Positions 14,059 through 22,497 of a stretch of 24,000 nt of DNA are shown here, piece after piece. The position numbers and the translations under genes are program-made. The stretch's first letter is position 1; every line of letters begins with the position of its first letter. The stretch spans positions 1,468,927 to 1,492,926 of the forward strand of contig OY760650.2 in the NCBI GenBank assembly GCA_963663845.2. The letters run 5' to 3'. The stretch comes from Terriglobia bacterium. GTDB taxonomy: Bacteria; Acidobacteriota; Terriglobia; Versatilivoradales; Versatilivoraceae. The notes below the pieces were generated by a model. The model was not told the DNA's origin. It saw nothing but the letters and a program-made list of their open reading frames with translations, and made no database searches.

Positions 14059-15975
14059 CTACTCTCCGGACGCCACTTGACTGACGGCCTTGGGCAAGGG
14101 AGTGTCGAGCACCGTCAGGTAGAGGTCCTTCAGGGGAAAGGGTTGGCCCGGGCGCCCCTCCGCCACCAACCGGGCGGTCAACCTTACCGGATGAGGCCGC
14201 AAGGGAGCCGCAATGTTCCCCTCCGCCAACAGCGTCAGCGACACTTGCTGCTTCCGGGGGAAGAACCGGTGCCGGTGGACTTCGTTCCGCGGCCCCTTGG
14301 CCTTCCCCGATGGTTCCTCCGGGACGACGGTCGGGAGCGCTTGAATTCCCGGGGGCAGATTCTCCAGGTGCAGCGTCACCATGTGGTCCAACCCCTCTTC
14401 CCTTTCCAGGGTCAGCTTCAAGGCTCGGGCTTCTCCCGGAACCAGGTTGATGTGATCTCCGCCCGCCAGGGTTACGACCCCGATGTGAGGCACCTGCGGC
14501 CGAACCAGCACCCGGTAGGTGAATCCTTTCCCTCCTCGCCGGGAGGTCAGGTCCCTCAGCCGCAAGATGTAGTCGCCCGCTTCCTCGAAGGTAAAGATCG
14601 TCTTGGACTGGAGAAACTTCTGCCAGTAGGCGGAATTGTTCTCCACGTTGCGATAGATGTTGGAGCAGACGGTTTGACCGGAAGAATCCAGCACTTCCAG
14701 CCAGGGGCTCAACTCCGGAAACATCCGGTCCACCGTCTGGATCTCGAAGGCGACTCTCTGCCCCGCCTCCACCGTGAAACGGAAGTGGTCGAGGTCGCCG
14801 GGAGCATCGATCCTGCCTTCGAGAATGACGGGAAGAGCGATGGCCGAAGCCAAATCCGGGGTCTCGTCGGGCTCGGATTCCACAAGGGAGGGATACCCGG
14901 TACGGGGAGGACTCTGGGCGCCGGCGCCGGCATCGGAGCGTCGCGGCCTATCCGCGCCCTCTCCCGCCACAGTCGGAGCGGGGTTGCCGTCAGGGCCTCC
15001 GGCGCCGCGGGCCCAAAGTTGTTGCCGGCGGCCCGGACGGATCTCCCGCCCAAAGCCTCTCTCCCCCCAGTCGAGAAGGGGGACGTCATGGGCCGGACGG
15101 TAACGGGTCCATCGGTCCTGACCTTGGCGCATGGATGGGCCGACCGGCGTGATCCGCAACTGGTAGTTGTGTCCGGGGCCCCCTTTTTGAGCCAGGCTTC
15201 CGACCGTCGCCAGGTACCGGCCCGGCTTGCCGAAGCGGTGCCGCAGCCGGGGCCTCAGGATGCCGCCCTCCACCGGCAGGAGAAAGAGGGTGGATTCCAC
15301 GCGGGTTTCCAGGCGCCGGGCCTTGCCCTGGAACCAACCCTGGGACGGTTGGAAGAGAATCAGCTCGGGATCGCGGAAGTGAATGGGAGAGCCCGGCAGG
15401 ATTCCGCCGGCAACCAGGACTTCGAACTGCAGTTCCTGGTTCTCCAGCACCTCGAAGGCGTAGAAATCCACCTCCCCGTTGCGGCTGATCCTGCCGTTGA
15501 GACGGGCCGGCAGCTCCAGCACCTGAGCGCTCTCGGGGTCCCGGTGAGGTTGCGGCTGTTCCTGAACGACCTTCCCGTGGCTGACCACCAACGTCACCGG
15601 TCCCGACAGACCCCAATCGGTGAGGAGTCGGAGGGAGCAAGCGCCTGGGGCGGCGTCCTCGGCAATATCGACCTGGAGGAACACCTCCTGTCCCGGGGAG
15701 TAGGTCTTCCTCGAAAATCTGGCCTTTTCGAGCTTGATCTCCTTGACGGACTTCACTTTGGCGGTCAAACGATCGCAATCGAACCAGACGGACCGGATCC
15801 CCTCCAGGTCTTCTCCACGCACCCGGAATTCCAGGGAGGAGCCCGCCGGACCGCCCATGGGCGTCATGGAGAGCAGTTGCGGGTTTCTCTTCCGATTCTC
15901 CGGGGATTCCTTGGCCCAAAGCCCCCCGGCAGCCAGCGCCAGAACGATGGAGAGCAACCCTGCGACGCGCTTCAC
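14059..15975 (-). CDS. Secreted multi-domain protein: Ig-like domain, two PPC (pre-peptidase C-terminal)-like beta-sandwich domains, C-terminal Ig-like domain; module copy 1, gene 1
   Basis: The GTG start at 15973-15975 is preceded by GGGAGG at a 5-nt spacing and gives the signal peptide VKRVAGLLSIVLALAAGGLWA. The ORF track extends to 16089. PPC-like signatures are LNGRISRNGEVDFYAFEVLENQELQFEV and LEGRIDAPGDLDHFRFTVEAGQRVAFEI. It is a paralog of 20432-22405. Confidence 0.8.
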   Translation of the reverse strand: MKRVAGLLSIVLALAAGGLWAKESPENRKRNPQLLSMTPMGGPAGSSLEFRVRGEDLEGIRSVWFDCDRLTAKVKSVKEIKLEKARFSRKTYSPGQEVFLQVDIAEDAAPGACSLRLLTDWGLSGPVTLVVSHGKVVQEQPQPHRDPESAQVLELPARLNGRISRNGEVDFYAFEVLENQELQFEVLVAGGILPGSPIHFRDPELILFQPSQGWFQGKARRLETRVESTLFLLPVEGGILRPRLRHRFGKPGRYLATVGSLAQKGGPGHNYQLRITPVGPSMRQGQDRWTRYRPAHDVPLLDWGERGFGREIRPGRRQQLWARGAGGPDGNPAPTVAGEGADRPRRSDAGAGAQSPPRTGYPSLVESEPDETPDLASAIALPVILEGRIDAPGDLDHFRFTVEAGQRVAFEIQTVDRMFPELSPWLEVLDSSGQTVCSNIYRNVENNSAYWQKFLQSKTIFTFEEAGDYILRLRDLTSRRGGKGFTYRVLVRPQVPHIGVVTLAGGDHINLVPGEARALKLTLEREEGLDHMVTLHLENLPPGIQALPTVVPEEPSGKAKGPRNEVHRHRFFPRKQQVSLTLLAEGNIAAPLRPHPVRLTARLVAEGRPGQPFPLKDLYLTVLDTPLPKAVSQVASGE

Positions 15976-16060
15976 GTTGACCTCCCAACCAAGTCGCACC
16001 TGATATTGAAAAAGGCAGAACATCACGGGTGTCGGCGAAATGACCTGACCCGCTACGAAT

Positions 16061-16147
16061 GTTGCAAAAGGCTCTTGAGGCGTTTGCAAAAATCGGCAGC
16101 AGGATCGTTACCGGCATTGGCCACAAAAGGCACAAAAAACACAAAAT
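16061..16147 (-). repeat. Repeat family C, inverted copy (preceded by a direct TTGCAAAAGGCTCTTGAG box)
   Basis: GTTGCAAAAGGCTCTTGAGG is at 16061-16080. The reverse complement of 16081-16147 then reads TTTTGTGTTTTTTGTGCCTTTTGTGGCCAATGCCGG...GATTTTTGCAAACG. CACAAAA occurs at 16122, 16131 and 16140, a 9-nt period. Confidence 0.7.
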
Positions 16148-16250
16148 GAGCGGAACGACCAGAAGCGACCAAGGCATGCGGGCCCTGTGCGATCAGGTCC
16201 GCCAAACAGCCTTCGAACTGCCCAAAAAATTGGTTTTGTGCCTTTTGTGA
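16146..16250 (+). pseudogene. Possible N-terminal remnant of a GxxExxY-family gene
   Basis: MSGTTRSDQGMRALCDQVRQTAFELPKKLVLCLL*. The stretch LCDQVRQTAFEL resembles the N-terminal helix of GxxExxY proteins as I remember them (..LCD.VR.T.F.IH.YLG.G.LEKVYENAL). The frame is cut off where repeat C copy 2 begins. This is a memory-based resemblance over about 15 residues only. Confidence 0.25.
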
Positions 16251-16350
16251 CTTTTGTGCCTATTGTGGTGAATGCCGGCGTTTACAGTCCTCTACCCTTG
16301 CCGCCTCAATGTCATTCCCGATTGGGAATTTTGCAAAAGGCTCTCTTGAG
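16234..16350 (+). repeat. Interspersed repeat family C (copy 2)
   Basis: TTTTGTG is at 16234, 16243 and 16252 (9-nt period). It is followed by GTGAATGCCGG, CCGCCTCAATGTC, the hairpin ATTCCC-GATT-GGGAAT and TTTTGCAAAAGGCTCTCTTGAG. Confidence 0.8.
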
Positions 16351-16431
16351 AATGGAATTGGGAAACAGGAAAGCAACGGGCGGCAGGCGCGACGGCCCAA
16401 AAGGCGATCGGCGCACCCTCACCGGGACGGT

Positions 16432-16458
16432 CCCGACTCCGCGGTCGCTTGAGTCGGG
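16432..16458 (-). terminator. Hairpin immediately after the DUF1501 (copy 2) stop; no U-tract
   Basis: CCCGACTC (16432-16439) pairs with GAGTCGGG (16451-16458), giving an 8-bp stem and an 11-nt loop 5 nt from the stop codon. With no T-run, the terminator function is speculative. It may be an mRNA-end stabiliser. Confidence 0.25.
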
Positions 16459-16463
16459 CCAGG

Positions 16464-17789
16464 CTACACCAGCTCGTGAACCGGATGGCCCTGCTTGTCC
16501 CCGATGGAATTGGCGATGTAGAGGGGCCGACCGTCCAGACCGGTATAGGTCTTGGTCCAATCCACCCCCAAGGCCTTGTAAACCGTGGCGAAGAGATCCC
16601 CGACGGTCACCTGGCGCTCGGCCACGTAGGCCGCGCGCTCGTCGCTGGCGCCCACGACCTGGCCGCCCTTGATTCCGCCGCCTCCCAACACCATGGACCA
16701 GCAATGGGCCCAGTGATCCCGACCGGCTCTGGCGTTGATTTTCGGCGTTCGCCCGAATTCGCCCATGGCCATGACCACCGTCGTCTCCAGCAAGCCCCTT
16801 TCCTCCAGCTCGGTCAACAGCATCGAAAGCGCCTGGTCGAAGCGAGGGGCCAGATTTTCAGACAGCAACTTGTCGTTGTCGAAATGGATATCCCATTCGC
16901 TGTGGTTGAAGCCCTCGGCGGTCACGAAGCGGCAGCCCGCCTCCACCAGGCGGCGGGCCAGCAGGACCGACTGTCCGAAGCGCGTCTTGCCGTAGGCTTC
17001 CCGCACCCGGTCCGGCTCCGCCGACAGGTCAAAGGCCTTCTTGACATTGGGCGAGAGGATCATCCTCAGGGCCTGCTCCTGGTAGGTGTCCATCTTGCTG
17101 AATCGGGCAAACTCCTCCTGCTGCCGGTAGTGGTGATCGACCACCTTCAGGAAGGATTGACGGTCCTGAAGCAGCTCGGGGGAGAGGGACTTCGGCAAGG
17201 TCAGATCGGGAATCTTGAAGTCTTCCTTGCTGGGATCGGGAACGATCATGGGGTTGTACTGGGGACCCATGTTCCCCGCCATGTAGGAGTGCCCGTAGGA
17301 GAGGGGCGGCGTGACCACGTAGGGCGGGATATTGTTCCGCCCTCCCAGCTCACGGGAGACGATCGACCCCAGGCTGGGAAATCGGAATGCCGGGCTGGGG
17401 CGATGCCCGGTCATCCCGTAGTAGGTGCCTTCGGGATGGTTCCCTTCCTCGCTGTGCATGGAGCGGATGATGGACAATTTGTCCATCTGCCGCGCCACCC
17501 GGGGAAGCGTCTCCGAGATCTGAATCCCGGCCACGTTGGTCGAGATGGGTTTGAAATTGCTGTTGGGCTTGGGATCCCACATGTCCATGTGGGGCGGACC
17601 GCCGGAAAGCCAGATGAGAATGACCGACTCGGCCTTCTTGCGCGCACCGGTACCGGTGGCGGCCAGCGTGTCGGCCAGCCTGAAGTAGTCGCTCAGCGTA
17701 ATGCCGAGGAACGTCAGGCCGCCCACCCTCAGGAACTGGCGACGCTCGAAGTTGCCTCCGGTGCAGGAAAGACATTCCGGCAGGTTCAT
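16464..17789 (-). CDS. DUF1501 domain-containing protein, Tat signal; module copy 2, gene 3
   Basis: The start is chosen at ATG 17787-17789 ([29 protein letters not shown]). This places the RR motif 15 residues in, as in the paralog, and GGGGGA lies upstream. The ORF track starts at 17873. Blocks are [44 protein letters not shown] and [17 protein letters not shown]. Confidence 0.9.
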   Translation of the reverse strand: [441 protein letters not shown]

Positions 17790-17876
17790 CACGATCCCCC
17801 AAAGCTGCTGCTTGAAAACGGGTTGGGGCGGAACTGCCCCAACCCCCCGGTTCCAATGGAGCTTAACCCTCAATTA

Positions 17877-20426
17877 TCAATGATTGTGCGAAAATTGTCG
17901 AGAACTAATTAGGCCCCAGGCCAGGCTCTCGACGGCTTCTCTTCGAGGGCGCTCGGATATCATTGCCTCCAGCCGCGCCCGCTCCTCGGCCGTGGGAAAC
18001 CGCGACAGGGCGGCCAGGTAGAGCTCGTCGACGATTTCTCCGTCTCCAGCCTCGCTCCGGAGCAGCCGGTCCACGCGCCCGCCCTCTCGCGCCAGCTTTT
18101 CGGTAAAGGTCTTTCCCGTCAACATGTGCAAGGCCTGGGCTAGGGCGGGCTCGGGCTTGCCTTCGGGCAGGGTCTTGCGCTCATTGCGTTCGAAGACGTC
18201 CATGAACTGAGAGGGCATGCTCGGCATCAGGGCGATGGCCCGGGTGCCCGCGGCAAAGCCCCGCTCGCCGCTGGCGAACGTCTCGGGAACCTCGGTGACC
18301 TGCGAGATGGCATCCAGCAACACCGCCGCCGGCAGCGGCTTCGGCAGCGCGTGAGAGAAGTTCAGGCGATCGCCCCGGTTGGTCTGGTTGGGGATGCCCG
18401 ACAACTGGTAGGTCCTGGACTGGACGATCACCCGCATCAGGTGCTTCACGTCGTGGCCGTTGACCCGGAAGTCCTCGGCCAGGGCCTTGAGCAACTCCGG
18501 GTGGGTGGGCGGATTGGTGGAGCGGAAGTCGTCGACGGGATGGACGATGCCCTTGCCCAGGAACCAGTCCCAGACCCGATTGACAAAGGCTTCGGCGAAA
18601 TAGGGGTGGGACACGATCCACTGCGCCAGTTTCATCCGCAGATCGGTTCGCTCGCCTTCCGGCAATTCCCGCCCGTCCAGGAAGCGCGGCTGGACCACCT
18701 TCTTGGTCCTGGGATGGACCACCCGGTCCTTGAGGGCGGGGTCGTCCACCAGCAGGGAGTCGTCCATGACCGAGTCCCGCAGATCCACCATCCTGCCGTA
18801 AAAGGCGGCCATCCCCCAGAACTGATCCTGGCTCCAGGCCTCGAAGGGATGGTTGTGGCAGCGGGCGCAGTCCAGCCGCCGGGCCAGGTAGACCCTCACC
18901 TGCTCGGCAATCATTTCCGCCGGCGGGATGATGAACCGCAACTGGTAGAAGAAGCGGGAGGGACCGTCGTAACCCTGGGCCGCAATCCTGTCCACCGCCA
19001 GTTGGTCGTAGGGCTTGTTGATGGCGATGCTCTGTCTCAACCACTCCCCGTAGAGCTGGGTGTCCTTGCCCAACTGGGTGGCGCCGCCGTACCAGCGGAA
19101 GATCTCCCCGTACCTGAAGAAGAGAAACTCCTCGAATTCGGGCGAATTCAGAAGGATCTCGATGATCCGGTTGCGCTTGTCGGGGTCGGTGGAAGCCAGG
19201 AATTGGCGGACCCGGTTGGGCGGCGGCAAGGTCCCGGTCAAGTCCAGACAGACCCGCCGGAGAAACTCGGCATCGCTGGAGAGCTCCGAGGGGACGATGT
19301 TGAATTTCTTCAGCTTGGCGAAGACATGCCGGTCGATGAAGTTGTTTTCCGGCGCCTCGGGATAGCTGGGGAGCGGATCGGCGATCACGCCGAAACGGAC
19401 GGCGGCGGCCCGGCCCGGCGCTCGAACCAGGACGCTGGTCTCCCCGGTCTTGTGGGCCTTGACCAGGCCCCCTTCGTCGACGTCCACCACCGATCGGTTG
19501 ATGGACTCGTAGACGACCTGCCGGGTGACATCCTCTCGCCGGCCGTCGCTGAGGTGGGCCGTGACCAGAATCTGCTGCTTGCCATCCAGATCCAGCACGC
19601 TTGCCCGGGGGTAGACCTCCAGGCTCTCGATCTGGATGTTCTCGGATTCACCTTCCTCGCCGTAGGGGGCCCCCAATTGAATCCACTGGAGGATCCTGGC
19701 GTACTGGGGGGAGTCGGAGCCGAATCGGAGCCCGCCTCCGTGGGGTACCTGGAGAGTGGCCTTCTGCAGAATCAGGCTCTTCTCCGGATCCTTCAGATTC
19801 ACCCGTGGATGGGGAGGTTCCTCCATTTCAGCCGTGAGGACTTCGAACTTCCCTCCCTCCACGATCCACTTGTAGTCGTCCCGCGGATAGGTGGCGTTGG
19901 TGGAAAGCTTGAAACCGCCCTGTCCGGGAACGGCGCCATGGCAGGTGGTGTTGTTGCAACCCTGTTGGGTCAGCAGCGACCCGATATCGCGAGGAAAGCT
20001 GAAGGGGCGCTTTTCTTGGGATCCCCGAATGGCGATGGAGGCCGTAGCCTCTCGTCCCGCCACCCGGGCCGTGAGCACCAGGTCGCCGTCCGCAAGCGGC
20101 TGGATGCGGCTGTGGGCGGAGAACCGGATCAATCCGGACTTGGAGCCGGAAAACTCCGCCTGCGCCGTGAGGTCGCGCTCCAGGCCGTCCGAGAAGGTTC
20201 CCATCACCAGAAACTGCTGGGAGGCATCGGCCCCCTGCAGCCGGACCTCGGAGGGCGCCAGGCGGAGTGACGACGGTTGGGGCGAGGTTCCCTGGGCGGT
20301 TCCCTCAACCTCTGCAGCCTGGACAAGTGCCGCCAGCAAACAGGATGCCCCAAGGGCCCACACGGCAATCAGGGCGGCCGGCGTTCGGCGGATGGCGGAA
20401 GCCTTCCTGCAGGATTTCGTTTCCAT
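17877..20426 (-). CDS. DUF1549/DUF1553 (PSCyt/PSD-type) protein with N-terminal Ig-like segment; module copy 2, gene 2
   Basis: 849 aa. The signal peptide is RRTPAALIAVWALGASCLLAALVQA. Motifs are GCNNTTCHGAVPGQGGFKLS, FIDRHVFAKLKKFNIVPSELSSDAEFLRRVCLDLTGTLPP, RLDCARCHNHPFEAWSQDQFWGMAAFY and the C-terminal LAWGLISSRQFSHNH. The ATG lies 5 nt after the upstream TAA. Confidence 0.92.
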   Translation of the reverse strand: METKSCRKASAIRRTPAALIAVWALGASCLLAALVQAAEVEGTAQGTSPQPSSLRLAPSEVRLQGADASQQFLVMGTFSDGLERDLTAQAEFSGSKSGLIRFSAHSRIQPLADGDLVLTARVAGREATASIAIRGSQEKRPFSFPRDIGSLLTQQGCNNTTCHGAVPGQGGFKLSTNATYPRDDYKWIVEGGKFEVLTAEMEEPPHPRVNLKDPEKSLILQKATLQVPHGGGLRFGSDSPQYARILQWIQLGAPYGEEGESENIQIESLEVYPRASVLDLDGKQQILVTAHLSDGRREDVTRQVVYESINRSVVDVDEGGLVKAHKTGETSVLVRAPGRAAAVRFGVIADPLPSYPEAPENNFIDRHVFAKLKKFNIVPSELSSDAEFLRRVCLDLTGTLPPPNRVRQFLASTDPDKRNRIIEILLNSPEFEEFLFFRYGEIFRWYGGATQLGKDTQLYGEWLRQSIAINKPYDQLAVDRIAAQGYDGPSRFFYQLRFIIPPAEMIAEQVRVYLARRLDCARCHNHPFEAWSQDQFWGMAAFYGRMVDLRDSVMDDSLLVDDPALKDRVVHPRTKKVVQPRFLDGRELPEGERTDLRMKLAQWIVSHPYFAEAFVNRVWDWFLGKGIVHPVDDFRSTNPPTHPELLKALAEDFRVNGHDVKHLMRVIVQSRTYQLSGIPNQTNRGDRLNFSHALPKPLPAAVLLDAISQVTEVPETFASGERGFAAGTRAIALMPSMPSQFMDVFERNERKTLPEGKPEPALAQALHMLTGKTFTEKLAREGGRVDRLLRSEAGDGEIVDELYLAALSRFPTAEERARLEAMISERPRREAVESLAWGLISSRQFSHNH

Positions 20427-20431
20427 GCGCT

Positions 20432-22405
20432 TTATCTTTCACCCCCGGCCGGCCGGCTCGCCAGTTGGCTCAGTTTCCTGGCGGGATTGGGATCCAGGAT
20501 CGTCAGCGGAATCTTCTTGACCGTCAGCCTGGGACCGAGCCGGCCCCCGACAATCGGGCGGGCGGTCACCGTGATCCAGACGGGCAAATGGGTGGGGGCC
20601 GCATCCTCCCGGGAATGAAGCACCACGCTGATGGTCTGGACCTTGGGCAGGTGGTGGTCGGCCCCCTTGATGACCGGGGGCCTGGGACCTCCCGGCAACC
20701 TGTAGCTGCTGGCGCCGGGAAGAGCCTCGACCCCTGCCGGCAGGCCTTCGACCGACACCGCGATCTGATTGGAGGGCAGGAAGAAACCCTCTTCCTGCTC
20801 CAGGATCAAGGTGAGCTTGACGGCTTCACCGGCCAGCAGATTGACGCGGTGGGGATCGACCCGTCCGTCCTCGAAGTCTCGCGTTCGGGTTTCCAGGTGG
20901 ATGTCGCCGACGTGGGGGATCTGCGGCCGGACCAGCACACGGTAGTGGAATCCGGGATCGCCCTTCCTGAGAGTCACATCCCTGACCCTGAGGTAGTAGT
21001 CCCCCCCTTTTTCAAAGGCGCCGATCACCTTGGCATCCACCGAAACCAGGTGAACGGCGGTGACGCTCCTGTACTTCTCGGTTCGGCGCAGGCTGCTGAA
21101 CTGGTCCCGTCCCCGGGAATCGATGATCTGCAGCAAGGGGTTGAAATCGGGCCGGGTGGCCTGGGGAGTCTCGACCTCGAAGGCCAGCTTCTGTCCGGCG
21201 TGAACCTTGAACTTGAACAGGTCGCTGTCCCCCGGGTGTTGCACCACCCCCTCGACGATGGACGGCACCGGAATCTCGACGGCGTCTTCCAGCCGGTCCC
21301 CGGGTTCCTTTTCCGAATGGACGTCGAGGGCAATGGCCGGGTCGGAGAGCTTGAGGTCGAGCTGGGCCGGATCGGGCTCCTTGGAGCCTTCGCCATCCTG
21401 GCCGCCCTCCGGCTTTTTCTCCAAGGCCGGCCGATCGTCCCTGACTCCCCTCGACCACAACTGCTCGAGCCGGTCACCGGTGAGTTTCCGCACGAAACTC
21501 CGCTCGCTCCAGTCCCGGAGCCCCGGAGTCTCATGGGAGGGTTGGTCCGGCGGGGCCACCCGGAGCTGATAGACGAAGCCGGCCTTGGCCTGTCCACCCA
21601 GCGAGCCGACCTCCACAAAGTAGCGGCCCGCCTCGGCGAACCGGTGCCGCAGGCTGACCCGAGTCCCGGTTCTCTGCCTGGGGTCCCGGTCCGCGATGAC
21701 CCGCTCCCCCCGGTCCTTGTCGCTGAAGGCCAGGCGCACCACCCGATCGGGATCGAACCAGCTTCCCCGGTGCGCATGGATCGAAATCTGGGAGCGAAAG
21801 ACGTTGGCTGCCGATTCCTGGCTGCGAGTCACTTCAAACAGGAGCTCCTGCCCCCCTGCGACCTCGACCTGGTAGAAGTCCATCTCGGCGGCCTTGTCGA
21901 TCTGTCCGTTGACCACCACCGGGACGTCGATCGCCTGGGCCCTGCCGGGCCGGTCGTGGGGATCGGCCGACTCCCGGATCACCCGGTCGGCGTTCACCCG
22001 AAATTGGACCCGGTCGCTGATTCCCCTGGGAGTGACCACCCGCAGCCAGTGGTTCCCCGGGCGGGCCGCCGCATCGATTTTCACCCCCACCCGCACCCGG
22101 TACTCCGGCTCCTTCTTTTCTTTCTTCTTTTCGGGCCCTTCCTCGCTTTCTTCCACAATCTCTTCAACCGTGCGGAACTCGGTCCGAATGCCCTCTTCCT
22201 CGGCCACCACCGCATAGGCCGACTGCAGCCCCTTCCCCCGGATCTCGACTTCCAGGGAGGTTCCGCGCTGCCCCCCCAAGGGAAACAGCCACATGGCTTC
22301 GGGTTCCTGCTTCGACCGGTCCGCCTCGGCCAGACCGGGAGCAGGTCCGAGCCAAAGGAGACAGCAGAGGGTCAGCAGGACGGATGTTGTTAAGCGCGGC
22401 GCCAT
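20432..22405 (-). CDS. Secreted Ig-like / double PPC-like domain protein; module copy 2, gene 1
   Basis: The start at ATG 22403-22405 gives the signal peptide MAPRLTTSVLLTLCCLLWLGPAPGLAEA. The ORF track extends to 22600 through non-coding-looking, AT-richer sequence. PPC-like signatures are VNGQIDKAAEMDFYQVEVAGGQELLFEV and VEGVVQHPGDSDLFKFKVHAGQKLAFEV. It is colinear with 14059-15975. Confidence 0.85.
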   Translation of the reverse strand: MAPRLTTSVLLTLCCLLWLGPAPGLAEADRSKQEPEAMWLFPLGGQRGTSLEVEIRGKGLQSAYAVVAEEEGIRTEFRTVEEIVEESEEGPEKKKEKKEPEYRVRVGVKIDAAARPGNHWLRVVTPRGISDRVQFRVNADRVIRESADPHDRPGRAQAIDVPVVVNGQIDKAAEMDFYQVEVAGGQELLFEVTRSQESAANVFRSQISIHAHRGSWFDPDRVVRLAFSDKDRGERVIADRDPRQRTGTRVSLRHRFAEAGRYFVEVGSLGGQAKAGFVYQLRVAPPDQPSHETPGLRDWSERSFVRKLTGDRLEQLWSRGVRDDRPALEKKPEGGQDGEGSKEPDPAQLDLKLSDPAIALDVHSEKEPGDRLEDAVEIPVPSIVEGVVQHPGDSDLFKFKVHAGQKLAFEVETPQATRPDFNPLLQIIDSRGRDQFSSLRRTEKYRSVTAVHLVSVDAKVIGAFEKGGDYYLRVRDVTLRKGDPGFHYRVLVRPQIPHVGDIHLETRTRDFEDGRVDPHRVNLLAGEAVKLTLILEQEEGFFLPSNQIAVSVEGLPAGVEALPGASSYRLPGGPRPPVIKGADHHLPKVQTISVVLHSREDAAPTHLPVWITVTARPIVGGRLGPRLTVKKIPLTILDPNPARKLSQLASRPAGGER

Positions 22406-22468
22406 GGATTTTCGAGTCGCTGGTAAAGAAACCGTAGGGGCAATATAACTGGCGATAAAACTAACGAA

Positions 22469-22497
22469 AGTATACCAAACGGGGTATCCGGCGGCAA
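22469..22497 (-). promoter_or_regulatory. Candidate sigma70-type promoter for module copy 2
   Basis: The minus strand reads TTGCCG (22497-22492), a 17-nt spacer, then TATACT (22474-22469), with TGG directly upstream of the -10 (extended -10-like). It lies about 64 nt upstream of the ATG at 22405, in the most AT-rich patch of the window. Confidence 0.45.

Noticed and set aside
14077-22393. Plus-strand ORFs 14077-16149 (690 aa), 16449-17912 (487 aa), 18351-20270 (639 aa) and 20267-22393 (708 aa)
   Set aside because: Each mirrors a minus-strand gene that has signal peptides and family motifs. The plus-strand translations have no motifs and show the skewed R/G/P/Q composition typical of antisense frames.
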